A stretch of 43,621 nucleotides of DNA from an uncultured bacterium (GTDB lineage: Bacteria; Cyanobacteriota; Cyanobacteriia; Thermostichales; PCC-7336), in assembly GCA_964484905.1 (NCBI GenBank), contig CAZAGN010000006.1, positions 1-43,621 on the forward strand. Reading direction: 5' to 3'. Positions 16,264 through 24,641 of this stretch are shown piece by piece. The stretch's first letter is position 1. Each line of letters begins with the position of its first letter. Both the position numbers and the translations under genes were made by a program. The notes beneath the pieces are model-generated. The model was not told where the DNA came from. It saw nothing but the letters and a program-made list of their open reading frames with translations, and did no database searches.

Positions 16264-16581
16264 ATGTTTTCAAACGCAGAGTTTTGTTACTTACGCTGGA
16301 CACGTACCGGCACAATGCAATCCCAAGGGTTCTGTCGTAGCACCGTTACTGAGTGGATAACCCGGAGGGACGTGAAAGTGTCGCTATCGAGTCAAATCAA
16401 GGTCGCAAAGGCGTATGGCTACACCACCTTGGATGATTTTCTGGATGGTGAGGACTTGCCAGGTTCAAGCCGAACCAATCCAGTCAGAGCCTCAACAACC
16501 GCCCTGGTGCCAGAGCCTCAGTCGTCTGAGGACTTGATGTTGATGTCTGGTACAACCTTGGGGTTAACGGAACGGGCATAG
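16264..16581 (+). CDS. Possible small XRE-like HTH protein converging on the integrase (candidate recombination directionality factor or regulator)
   Basis: LRWTRTGTMQSQGFCRSTVTEWITRRDVKVSLSSQIKVAKAYGYTTLDDFL loosely follows an HTH_3 pattern. It overlaps the integrase 3' end by 64 nt on the opposite strand. Weak call. Confidence 0.3.
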   Translation: MFSNAEFCYLRWTRTGTMQSQGFCRSTVTEWITRRDVKVSLSSQIKVAKAYGYTTLDDFLDGEDLPGSSRTNPVRASTTALVPEPQSSEDLMLMSGTTLGLTERA

Positions 16582-17684
16582 TGCCTCAGCATCGTCTGGG
16601 TGCTATGGCCAAGCTGAGCCGCTAGGTCTACGGGTGCCATTGACTGAATGGCATGGGAGATGAGTGTGTGTCGTAACATCATCTGCGGTCTGTAAGGCAC
16701 CCCAGAAAGCTCCATAACCCTTACCCAGCAGTGTTTCATCAACGTTCTTTGGTGTAGTGGCTTGCCTGTCTTACCCTTGAAAACCAGATCATCAGGCTTG
16801 CCTCTATCCAGGCTTAATAACAGTTCAATCAGTGACTCTGAGCAGTAGAATACGCGAGATTGGTGAGTTTTACTACCCTTACGAATTTGTTCATGCGACT
16901 TTCCCACTACCATCGCAGAACGAAAGCGAATACTGCTGCAATCTGCTTCAATATCCCCCCAGCGCAAACCAATCCCCTCTGAGAGACGGCAACCCGTCAT
17001 AGCCAGAAATGAATAGAACGGCACGTAATAGGCATAGTGGCGACTCTCAGCCATTGTCTTGAATATCTGCTGTAGTTCGGCTTCTGTGAAGGGCTGGTAG
17101 GCATCCTCTGATCGCCCCTTGATCATGCGACGTAGCCCCGCAAACGGGTTTGGCTGACTCCAGTAGCCACACTCAATCATCCATCTATAAAATCCGTGGC
17201 AAACAGAAATTCGCTTACGAATCGTTTCTGGACCGTTGCCCCGATCTCTCAGGACACCAATTAAATCAATGGCATCCGAGCGGGTCATGATCGGATCTAG
17301 GGTCTTGAGAATGTTAACCAGCGACACATACATAGCGCTGATTGTCCGGGGGTTTGTTACCAGGGCGGACTTCTGGCGTAGGTACTCTGTCCAGTATTCA
17401 TCAAGGGGGAATGCTTCTGTCCTGCCAACGACGCCCCATTCACTCCAGTCAAAGGTGCCTGTAATGAGCTGAGCTGAGAGCTGTCTAGCGTCCCTCAATG
17501 CCTGTTTAACCGCAGGGGAGGTGTCAGGGATATGAAGATAAATCGTCTGCTGGTGCCGCCCCTTATATTCATCCCCCGGCTTGGGCGGTAGCGTGGCTCT
17601 CAATCGGAGATGGCCTGACCGTGACTCAATTCTGACTTTGGCGCGTTCGGTTTTAAGTTTCAAGTTTGCCTGTTCTACGTCCAT
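16518..17684 (-). CDS. int: Tyrosine recombinase / phage-type integrase with an N-terminal arm-binding-like domain
   Basis: TGCRLSEGIGLRWGDI (Arg I). MLRHTLISHAI (box II His/Arg). LGHSTQTMLRHYAR (His and catalytic Tyr). The N-terminus VRIESRSGHLRLRATLPPKPG resembles arm-type DNA-binding domains. Confidence 0.9.
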   Translation of the reverse strand: MDVEQANLKLKTERAKVRIESRSGHLRLRATLPPKPGDEYKGRHQQTIYLHIPDTSPAVKQALRDARQLSAQLITGTFDWSEWGVVGRTEAFPLDEYWTEYLRQKSALVTNPRTISAMYVSLVNILKTLDPIMTRSDAIDLIGVLRDRGNGPETIRKRISVCHGFYRWMIECGYWSQPNPFAGLRRMIKGRSEDAYQPFTEAELQQIFKTMAESRHYAYYVPFYSFLAMTGCRLSEGIGLRWGDIEADCSSIRFRSAMVVGKSHEQIRKGSKTHQSRVFYCSESLIELLLSLDRGKPDDLVFKGKTGKPLHQRTLMKHCWVRVMELSGVPYRPQMMLRHTLISHAIQSMAPVDLAAQLGHSTQTMLRHYARSVNPKVVPDINIKSSDD

Positions 17685-17838
17685 GTCCTAACTATGTCCT
17701 AGCTATGTGAGACTAACCTTACACAACTGGGGTTATCTGAGCACAACTGAGCTATAGTTTCGGTAGAGCAGGACAGGGGTTAAAGCCTTGTGGGACGTGA
17801 ATTAAGGGCTGTTAATCGTTAGGGACGTATCGGACATT

Positions 17839-18405
17839 ATGGCAACAGTGTTAGTGCTACTCGCAGATCGCTTTGAAGAGCTGGAGGCGATCGCGACCAT
17901 TGATATTCTGCGGCGGGCTAACCTGACGGTTATCACAGCGAGCTTGGCCGACAGTTTGACCGTTACAGGTAGTCATCAGATTACGGTGCTGGCGGATATT
18001 CGTCTGGATACGCATCTGGATGAGGTAGATATCAAGACATGGCTGATGACGGCCGATGCCCTGGTGCTGCCCGGTGGCCCGGGGGTGCAGCAGCTGCGGC
18101 AGGATGAGCGGGTGTTGGCCCTGGCGCGGGCTTTTTACGGGGCAGCAAAACTAACGGCGGCGATTTGTGCAGCGCCGCTGGTGCTTTCAGATGTAGGTTT
18201 ACTCGCTGAGCACGCCGCCACAAGTTGGCCAGGGGTTGCCCCCGAAATTCGAGCACAAGCCTACAGTGAGGCGCGGGTTGTGCGTGATGCCCATGTGATT
18301 ACCAGCCGAGGCGCAGGCACAGCGGTTGAGTTTGCCCTCACGATTGTCGCGGCGTTGGTCGATCAAACGACTGCCGACCAGATTGCCCTCGCGATCGTTG
18401 CCTAA
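17839..18405 (+). CDS. DJ-1/PfpI family protein
   Basis: LVLPGGPG and the nucleophile-elbow context KLTAAICAAPLVL, with VITSRGAGTAVEFAL at the C-terminus. Confidence 0.85.
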   Translation: MATVLVLLADRFEELEAIATIDILRRANLTVITASLADSLTVTGSHQITVLADIRLDTHLDEVDIKTWLMTADALVLPGGPGVQQLRQDERVLALARAFYGAAKLTAAICAAPLVLSDVGLLAEHAATSWPGVAPEIRAQAYSEARVVRDAHVITSRGAGTAVEFALTIVAALVDQTTADQIALAIVA

Positions 18406-18526
18406 GCTTGCGCCAGACCCGTAGCAAATCGACCCAACTCTGGATAACCCATAGAATTATCTCGCAATCACGTGGCTGCCAAAGCCACATGGTACACTCA
18501 AAACTCACGCGCGCTTGCACTGCTCT

Positions 18527-19444
18527 ATGCCCAAAGTCGGCATCATCTATAACGACGCCAAACCTGCGGCTGTTCGGGCAGCAGAATTCTTAGGAGAATC
18601 CCTCACGCCCCAAGGCTGGGATGTTTTTCAATCACCTGGCTGGGGCGGTATGTTGGGCTATGCTCGCCCGCACAGTTCAGTCTGCCTCAGCCCGATGGCC
18701 CATCTTGCACCGCCAGGATTTGATGCCGAGATGCAATTTGCGGTGATTTTGGGTGGCGATGGTACTGTTCTCGCCGCTGCCCGCCAGCTAGCGCCCCACG
18801 GGATTCCGCTCTTGACGGTCAATACAGGTCACTTAGGGTTTTTGACTGAAACCTATCTCACAGGCATGACCCGCGCCGTCGAGGCGGCGATGGTAGGCAA
18901 CTACCGCCTAGATGAGCGCTCGATGCTCGTTGTTCAGGTTTGGCGAGATGATGAGCTGATTTGGGAAGCCCTCGCCCTCAACGAAATGGCGATTCACCGC
19001 GAGCCCCTGACCAGCATGTGCCATTTCGAGATCACGATTGGCGAGCACTCGATGGTGGATGTTGCCGCCGATGGCGTCATTCTTGCCACGCCTACCGGTT
19101 CGACGGCCTATGCCCTCTCAGCCGGTGGCCCTGTTGTCACCCCCGAGGTGAGTGTCTTTGAGCTGATCCCCATTTGCCCCCACTCGCTGGCTTCGCGGGC
19201 CTTGGTCTTTGCCGATCGCGAGGCCGTCACCCTCAAATCGCCCCTCAAAGATCAACTGGTGCTGGTTGTGGATGGTAATGCCGGCTGCTATATCAGTCCG
19301 GGTGATGCGGTGCGTGTCCACAAAGCACCCTACAGTACTGGCTTGATCCGCTTAGATCGCTACGAATTTTTCCGAATCTTGCGTGAGAAGATGGGGTGGG
19401 GTTTAACCCATGCCTCTAAGCCCACGTCGGTCGAACTGCCCTAG
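18527..19444 (+). CDS. nadK: NAD(+) kinase
   Basis: [44 protein letters not shown]. The likely start is MPKVGIIYN at 18527. Confidence 0.9.
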   Translation: MPKVGIIYNDAKPAAVRAAEFLGESLTPQGWDVFQSPGWGGMLGYARPHSSVCLSPMAHLAPPGFDAEMQFAVILGGDGTVLAAARQLAPHGIPLLTVNTGHLGFLTETYLTGMTRAVEAAMVGNYRLDERSMLVVQVWRDDELIWEALALNEMAIHREPLTSMCHFEITIGEHSMVDVAADGVILATPTGSTAYALSAGGPVVTPEVSVFELIPICPHSLASRALVFADREAVTLKSPLKDQLVLVVDGNAGCYISPGDAVRVHKAPYSTGLIRLDRYEFFRILREKMGWGLTHASKPTSVELP

Positions 19445-19453
19445 GACATTCTT

Positions 19454-20452
19454 ATGCCTTTTAATCGCATTATTGCCCTTTCGCTATTGTTAGTCTGCCT
19501 GATTGCGGCGATCGTCGGCGGTGTGCGTAGCCCCGAAAGTCCGACACCCAGCCCGACAATCAGCCAAGAGCGACCCAACATCTTTCAGCCCCGCAACAAC
19601 CGCATCGTCAGCCTGACTCTGCAAGGGGGCATCAGTTTTGAGGGCGGTGGCTTTGATCCGAGTGGTGCAACGGCGATCCGTAACCGTCTGCGCAGCCTCA
19701 TCGAAGACAACAGTGTGCGCGGCGTCTTGCTGACCATTAACAGCCCCGGCGGCACCGTCGGCACCAGCCAAGAACTCTATCGGGCGATTAGCAGCCTGCG
19801 TGATGCCAAGCCGATTGTTATCAGTATTGGTGATATTGCCGCCAGCGGTGGCTATTATGCGGCCAGTGCCGCCGATGTCATTGTCGCGAACCCTGGCAGC
19901 CTCACTGGCAGTATCGGTGTAATCATTCAGGGGTTATCTTTTGCCGAACTGCTAGATACCATCGGCGTTAACCCCCAAACAATCAAAACCGGCCCCTACA
20001 AAGATATTCTCTCGCCCACCCGCGACCTTACCAATGCCGAGCGGGATATACTCCAAGCCCTCATCGATGACAGCTACGAGCAATTTATTGAAGATGTGGC
20101 TGCTGGTCGCCAACACCTCCCCGAAAGCGCCGCCGAGATTTTGGGAGACGACGGCGTTGCTAAGCGAGAAGCCATGACCGTCGAGGCCGTACGTGCCCTT
20201 GCTGATGGCCAGATTTATACCGGTCGTCAAGCCCTAAACCTCGGCTTGGTTGACGAGTTGGGTGGTTATGAAGAAGCCCTAGCAACCCTGCGCGACCTGA
20301 TTGGTGATCAAGATATTCCGGTGGATAGCGGTCGGGCTGAAGTGGAAAACTTTGTCTTGCGCTTTTTGCAATCGCAGGTATTGGGCTTCACGCAAGAGCT
20401 ACGTGCTTTGACCAACCCGATCCTCAATAGCCGTCTGCCCTCGGCCCTCTAG
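19454..20452 (+). CDS. sppA: Signal peptide peptidase SppA (36K type)
   Basis: N-terminal TM segment. LLTINSPGGTVGTSQE, AASGGYYAASAAD, GSIGVI and KDILSP motifs are typical of the S49 peptidase family. Confidence 0.85.
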   Translation: MPFNRIIALSLLLVCLIAAIVGGVRSPESPTPSPTISQERPNIFQPRNNRIVSLTLQGGISFEGGGFDPSGATAIRNRLRSLIEDNSVRGVLLTINSPGGTVGTSQELYRAISSLRDAKPIVISIGDIAASGGYYAASAADVIVANPGSLTGSIGVIIQGLSFAELLDTIGVNPQTIKTGPYKDILSPTRDLTNAERDILQALIDDSYEQFIEDVAAGRQHLPESAAEILGDDGVAKREAMTVEAVRALADGQIYTGRQALNLGLVDELGGYEEALATLRDLIGDQDIPVDSGRAEVENFVLRFLQSQVLGFTQELRALTNPILNSRLPSAL

Positions 20453-20471
20453 CGACTTCACCTAAACTCTG

Positions 20472-21566
20472 ATGCCGATTCCTATCTATGCCGCGATCAC
20501 TAGCCACGGCTTTGGTCACATCACACGTACCGCGACAATCCTCAACCGTTGGCAGCAGCAAAACCCTGAGATCCTGCCGATTTTTGTGACCACAGCGCCC
20601 CATTGGTTGCTGGCACAGTATATGCAGGGGCCATTTTTGCAGCGACCGCTGCGGCTCGATGTTGGGGTTGTCCAGGCCGATAGTGTTCACATGGATCTGG
20701 CGGCGACCAAGGTGCAGGTACAAGCGCTCCAGGCGGATGCGGCACGACTGATTCGGGCTGAGGCTGATTTTTGTCGCCTGAATCGCGTCCGGCTGATCTA
20801 TGGCGATATTCCACCGATCGCGACCGCCATTGCCCACGCTGCTGCCGTGCCCTGTGTAATGGTCAGTAACTTTGGTTGGGACTTGATTTACCGCGCCTTC
20901 GCAGATCCGGCCCAAAGCCCTGCCTTTTACGATCCAGACTTTCTCGCGATCGCGAATTGGTGTGCTGAACTCTATCAAGGCTGCGATTTGCTGCTCCAAG
21001 TACCCCTCAATGAGCCCATGCCTGCTTTCCCGCAGCGGCAACGGGTCGGTCTCATCGCCAGCGAACCCCGCCACGATCCTGAGTTTGTCCGGGAAAGCCT
21101 GGGGCTAGCTCGCGATCGGCTTACGCTTTTGCTTACCTTTGGCGGTATGGGGCTGAATGCGGTGCCCTATGCCGCGCTCGATCAATTTCCCGACTGGCAG
21201 TTTCTCACCTTCCGTGAGGATGGGCCAGAGTTACCGAACCTCCGTCGCATTTCCGGCTCTGAATGGCGGCCGATTGACGTTATGCCCCTGTGCGATCAGG
21301 TGGTAACCAAGCCCGGCTACAGCACGATTGCCGAAGCCCTACGTCTGGGGGTAGCTGTGCGCTGTCTAGATCGCGAGGGCTTTGCCGAATCGCCCTACCT
21401 GGTTGACGGCTTACGGCGATACAGTCAGCACCAAATCGTACCCCCCACAGCCCTCGGTTGCTGGGATTGGCTCAACGAACCGCTCAGCGATCCAACCGAT
21501 GCGACAGAGCTTGATCGGGAGGGCAATACCGCCGTCGTCTCTGCCCTCGCAGCCTTGGTCACCTAG
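20472..21566 (+). CDS. GT-B-fold glycosyltransferase-like protein (tentative)
   Basis: N-terminal ITSHGFGHITR and C-terminal VVTKPGYSTIAEAL resemble the GT1/GT28 family nucleotide-sugar binding region. This is from recollection, not a search. Confidence 0.5.
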   Translation: MPIPIYAAITSHGFGHITRTATILNRWQQQNPEILPIFVTTAPHWLLAQYMQGPFLQRPLRLDVGVVQADSVHMDLAATKVQVQALQADAARLIRAEADFCRLNRVRLIYGDIPPIATAIAHAAAVPCVMVSNFGWDLIYRAFADPAQSPAFYDPDFLAIANWCAELYQGCDLLLQVPLNEPMPAFPQRQRVGLIASEPRHDPEFVRESLGLARDRLTLLLTFGGMGLNAVPYAALDQFPDWQFLTFREDGPELPNLRRISGSEWRPIDVMPLCDQVVTKPGYSTIAEALRLGVAVRCLDREGFAESPYLVDGLRRYSQHQIVPPTALGCWDWLNEPLSDPTDATELDREGNTAVVSALAALVT

Positions 21567-21593
21567 ATGTTCAATCAACATCACGAGCCATCT

Positions 21594-21908
21594 TTAATCA
21601 AGTCGGCTCAAGCTTTTTTCAATGGTTAAGCCCGATATTAAGGGTGCAGTAAGCCGAATATAGTCAAATCTCCAATTACCGAGACACTTTTTGCGTCCAA
21701 GAAGTCTACCAAGAAGGCATCCAACATCTAAAAATGTCTCATTATTTCCTGGACTCACTATAGAACACCAGCCGCCCAAAAGTACCGTGAGAGTACAGCC
21801 CACAGCCTGTGATTGAACACCTTTTGGTGTGACTGTAATCAACAAGCACGGTTTAGCCCGGGTCAACTGGGTACCCTGTGGTAGATCATATTTGTGACGC
21901 CTACACAC
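21594..21908 (-). CDS. Orphan hypothetical ORF in an AT-richer patch
   Basis: ORF only, no family recognised. Local composition differs from the flanking genes. Confidence 0.25.
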   Translation of the reverse strand: MCRRHKYDLPQGTQLTRAKPCLLITVTPKGVQSQAVGCTLTVLLGGWCSIVSPGNNETFLDVGCLLGRLLGRKKCLGNWRFDYIRLTAPLISGLTIEKSLSRLD

Positions 21909-22000
21909 TGCCCCTGCATCCAGTTTCCTGCCACTCTACGTAACCTAAACACAACAACCTCTGAGCAATCGTGAAGCCCATACCAACAAGGTTTTTTTAA

Positions 22001-22639
22001 GTGGTCGCTTCAGACTATCTTTCGGCCCGTTATTCCCTGAAAGACCGTACAGTAAGTGTCAGTGCATGGCGGAGTGTGGTGCCAAAGCGTCAACCCCTAC
22101 GGCCTGATGCCAGCGATGCCGAATTATTTGCCGCACTGCAGGCTGGTCAAACCGAAGCCTTGGCTGTGTTGTATGACCGTCATGCGAGTTTAGTGTATGG
22201 CCTCGCTTGTCAACTGTTGCAACGAGTTGGCGAGGCTGAAGACCTGACACAGGATATTTTTCTGGCGTTATCCCGCTCAACCTATGATCCGCGGCGGGGC
22301 TCCTTACGAACGTTTTTGACTGTATTGACCCGATCGCGATGTTTAGACCGTCTCCGATCGCGACAACGGCGTTTTCAGTTTTGGCAAAAGCAAACACCGC
22401 CAGCCCCGCCTGAAGACACAACCTGGCGGGCTGCGATTGCTCAAGAGCAACAGGCAGTAGTCCGTGAAGCCCTAGCGACGTTACCGGAGCCGCAGCAGAC
22501 AGTTTTGAATCTCGCGTATTTTGAAGGTCTGAGTCAGAGCGAAATTGCCGAACAGCTGCAATTACCCCTCGGCACAGTCAAGGCGCGGGCCCGGCGCGGC
22601 CTATTGCGGTTGCGGCAGTATCTAGAGGCGCAGGCATGA
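22001..22639 (+). CDS. ECF-type RNA polymerase sigma-70 factor
   Basis: Region 2: LYDRHASLVYGLACQLL...AEDLTQDIFLAL. Region 4: LSQSEIAEQLQLPLGTVKARARRGLLRLRQ. GTG start. Its stop overlaps the next gene (ATGA). Confidence 0.85.
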   Translation: MVASDYLSARYSLKDRTVSVSAWRSVVPKRQPLRPDASDAELFAALQAGQTEALAVLYDRHASLVYGLACQLLQRVGEAEDLTQDIFLALSRSTYDPRRGSLRTFLTVLTRSRCLDRLRSRQRRFQFWQKQTPPAPPEDTTWRAAIAQEQQAVVREALATLPEPQQTVLNLAYFEGLSQSEIAEQLQLPLGTVKARARRGLLRLRQYLEAQA

Positions 22640-23283
22640 ATCCGCATGAACTCTTGGCGGGCTATGTGTTGGGTGATTTAGATGCCCAAGAAGCCACCGC
22701 CCTCGAACACCTGTTGGCGGCACAACCCGAGCTGTGGGCGGAAATTGAGATGCTGCAAGCCACCCTTGAGGTGGGTTTACCGCAGCGGCTGCCACCCCTG
22801 GCTGTGCGTGAAAAAGTCATCTCACGGCCTCGACCCTGGCTGGCTCTGTGTCTCGCGCTTATTGCCGCCCTCAGCATTAGCAATGCCTATGTTTGGCGGC
22901 GGCTCCAGCTGCAAAGCCAACCTCAGTTTGTTATTGTTATGACCGCCCCCGCAGCACCCAGCAGTCGGGTCGCCCTTGAGGTGAATCAAGAGGCGCTGGC
23001 GGCGACCTTAGTTGCTGAAAATCTGCCGCCCCTCGCCCCCGGTCAGGTCTATGCCCTCTGGACGGTGCTTGATCCCGAGGCACCTTTTACGACTGATGCG
23101 TTGGGTGCCATCTTAACCGCCGTATTTGCGGTCGATCAGACGGGCGCGGCGCGGCTGGAGTTGCGGTTGCCACCGGCTGTGCAAGCCGAAGAATGGCTGC
23201 GCTTTTTTGCTGTGACCCCCGAAGCTGCCGGTGCTCCCCATCTGCATCAAGGCAGCCCCATTGTGATCAGTCAGGAGATCTAG
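22636..23283 (+). CDS. Anti-sigma factor (RskA-like: N-terminal sigma-binding helix, one TM segment, extracytoplasmic domain)
   Basis: LLAGYVLGDLDAQEATALEHLLAAQPELWAEIEMLQ, then TM segment WLALCLALIAALSISNAYVW. Translationally coupled to the ECF sigma gene. Confidence 0.7.
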   Translation: MNPHELLAGYVLGDLDAQEATALEHLLAAQPELWAEIEMLQATLEVGLPQRLPPLAVREKVISRPRPWLALCLALIAALSISNAYVWRRLQLQSQPQFVIVMTAPAAPSSRVALEVNQEALAATLVAENLPPLAPGQVYALWTVLDPEAPFTTDALGAILTAVFAVDQTGAARLELRLPPAVQAEEWLRFFAVTPEAAGAPHLHQGSPIVISQEI

Positions 23284-23353
23284 TAGGGAATTAAACCCAA
23301 GCCGGATCACTCCCCCGTTAGAGTGGAGGCATGGGGCATTCTGAGGGGTTGCG

Positions 23354-24634
23354 GTGGGAAGTCATAGTACCTATGCGGTGGTCTCACAGCGGCGACGGGT
23401 TAAAGCCACGCTCTTGCTGGTGGTGATCTGGGGTTTTGTCAGCCTGCTGCACCTGGTGCCCGTAACACGTTGGTCTGTGACCGGTATGACGGCCGGACTG
23501 GTGATGTTTGCCGGTCGGCTGGTCTTAACAACACCTGTCGTAGCGCCCCTGCCAGAGGTGAGCGAAGCACCGCTAATCTCGTTGCTGATACCCGCAAAAG
23601 ACGAAGCCGCTGTCCTGCCCAAGCTCCTGACTAATTTGCATGGCCTTGACTATCCTGAGTTTGATGTTTGGATTGTTGATGATGGCAGCACCGATGCGAC
23701 GCCTGAGATTTTAAGCGAGTGGCAAAAGCAATGGCCGCAGTTGCAGGTGTTTCGGCGACCGGCAGGCGCACCGGGTGGTAAGTCGGCGGCCTTAAATGAG
23801 GTGTTGCCCCTGACCCAGGGCGATATTGTTGGCGTCCTCGATGCCGATGCTCAGGTAACGCCCGATTTGCTCTGGCAGGTATTGCCCTATTTTGGGCAGC
23901 CTGATGTGACTGCTTTGCAGGTGCGCAAGGCGATTTCCAATCGTGATCAAAACCTGCTGACCCAGGGACAGTCGATTGAGATGGCGCTGGATAGTTTTAT
24001 TCAGGCGCAGCGGGTTGGTTTGGGCGGTATGGCCGAGCTGCGGGGGAATGGTCAGTTCGTGACGCGCTCGGCTCTCGAGCTGTGCGGTGGCTGGAATGAG
24101 GCGACTGTTACGGATGATCTGGATCTCAGTTTTCGGCTCCACCTGACGGGTGGCACAGTGGCGCAGTTGGCCACGCCGCCGGTGCTAGAAGAAGGGGTAA
24201 GCCGTATTCCGCGTCTTTGGCGGCAGCGCTGTCGCTGGATTGAAGGCGGTTATCAGCGCTACCTCGATTACTGGCCCGATTTGGTGCGGGGCAAGGTTGG
24301 GCGCTACAAAACCATCGACCTCTTGGCGTTTTGGCTGACGCAGTATCTGATTCCGATCGCGAGTGTACCGGATTTACTCTGGACGGTGCTGCGCACACGG
24401 GTGCCGGTGCTCTGGCCCTTGAGTGTTGTCAGTGTGCTTATTTTCGCGATCGCGAGCTGGCGCGGTTCGGGCCAAATGCTGGGCTTGCGCGGTTGGGCAC
24501 GCTGGCGGGCCACCCTCGGCGGTGTGTTGTATATGCTGCACTGGCTGCCGGTGATTATCGTGACGACAGCGCGTTTGTGTGTCCAGTCGCCCCGGCACAT
24601 GAAGTGGATTAAGACCCCGCGTGAGGTGAGTTGA
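23354..24634 (+). CDS. Membrane-bound family 2 glycosyltransferase
   Basis: ISLLIPAKDE, VWIVDDGSTD, GVLDADA and QRCRWIEGG (QxxRW-like), flanked by N- and C-terminal TM segments. Confidence 0.8.
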   Translation: MGSHSTYAVVSQRRRVKATLLLVVIWGFVSLLHLVPVTRWSVTGMTAGLVMFAGRLVLTTPVVAPLPEVSEAPLISLLIPAKDEAAVLPKLLTNLHGLDYPEFDVWIVDDGSTDATPEILSEWQKQWPQLQVFRRPAGAPGGKSAALNEVLPLTQGDIVGVLDADAQVTPDLLWQVLPYFGQPDVTALQVRKAISNRDQNLLTQGQSIEMALDSFIQAQRVGLGGMAELRGNGQFVTRSALELCGGWNEATVTDDLDLSFRLHLTGGTVAQLATPPVLEEGVSRIPRLWRQRCRWIEGGYQRYLDYWPDLVRGKVGRYKTIDLLAFWLTQYLIPIASVPDLLWTVLRTRVPVLWPLSVVSVLIFAIASWRGSGQMLGLRGWARWRATLGGVLYMLHWLPVIIVTTARLCVQSPRHMKWIKTPREVS

Positions 24635-24641
24635 TCGAAGC

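Noticed and set aside
20424-21074. 216-aa minus-strand ORF antisense to the GT-like gene. Similar long antisense or alternative-frame ORFs occur at 25895..26452, 33462..34001, 41101..41481 and 42541..43029.
   Set aside because: High-GC coding regions generate long stop-free antisense frames. These translations are Arg/Gly/Pro-rich and low-complexity. They overlap genes with clear family signatures.
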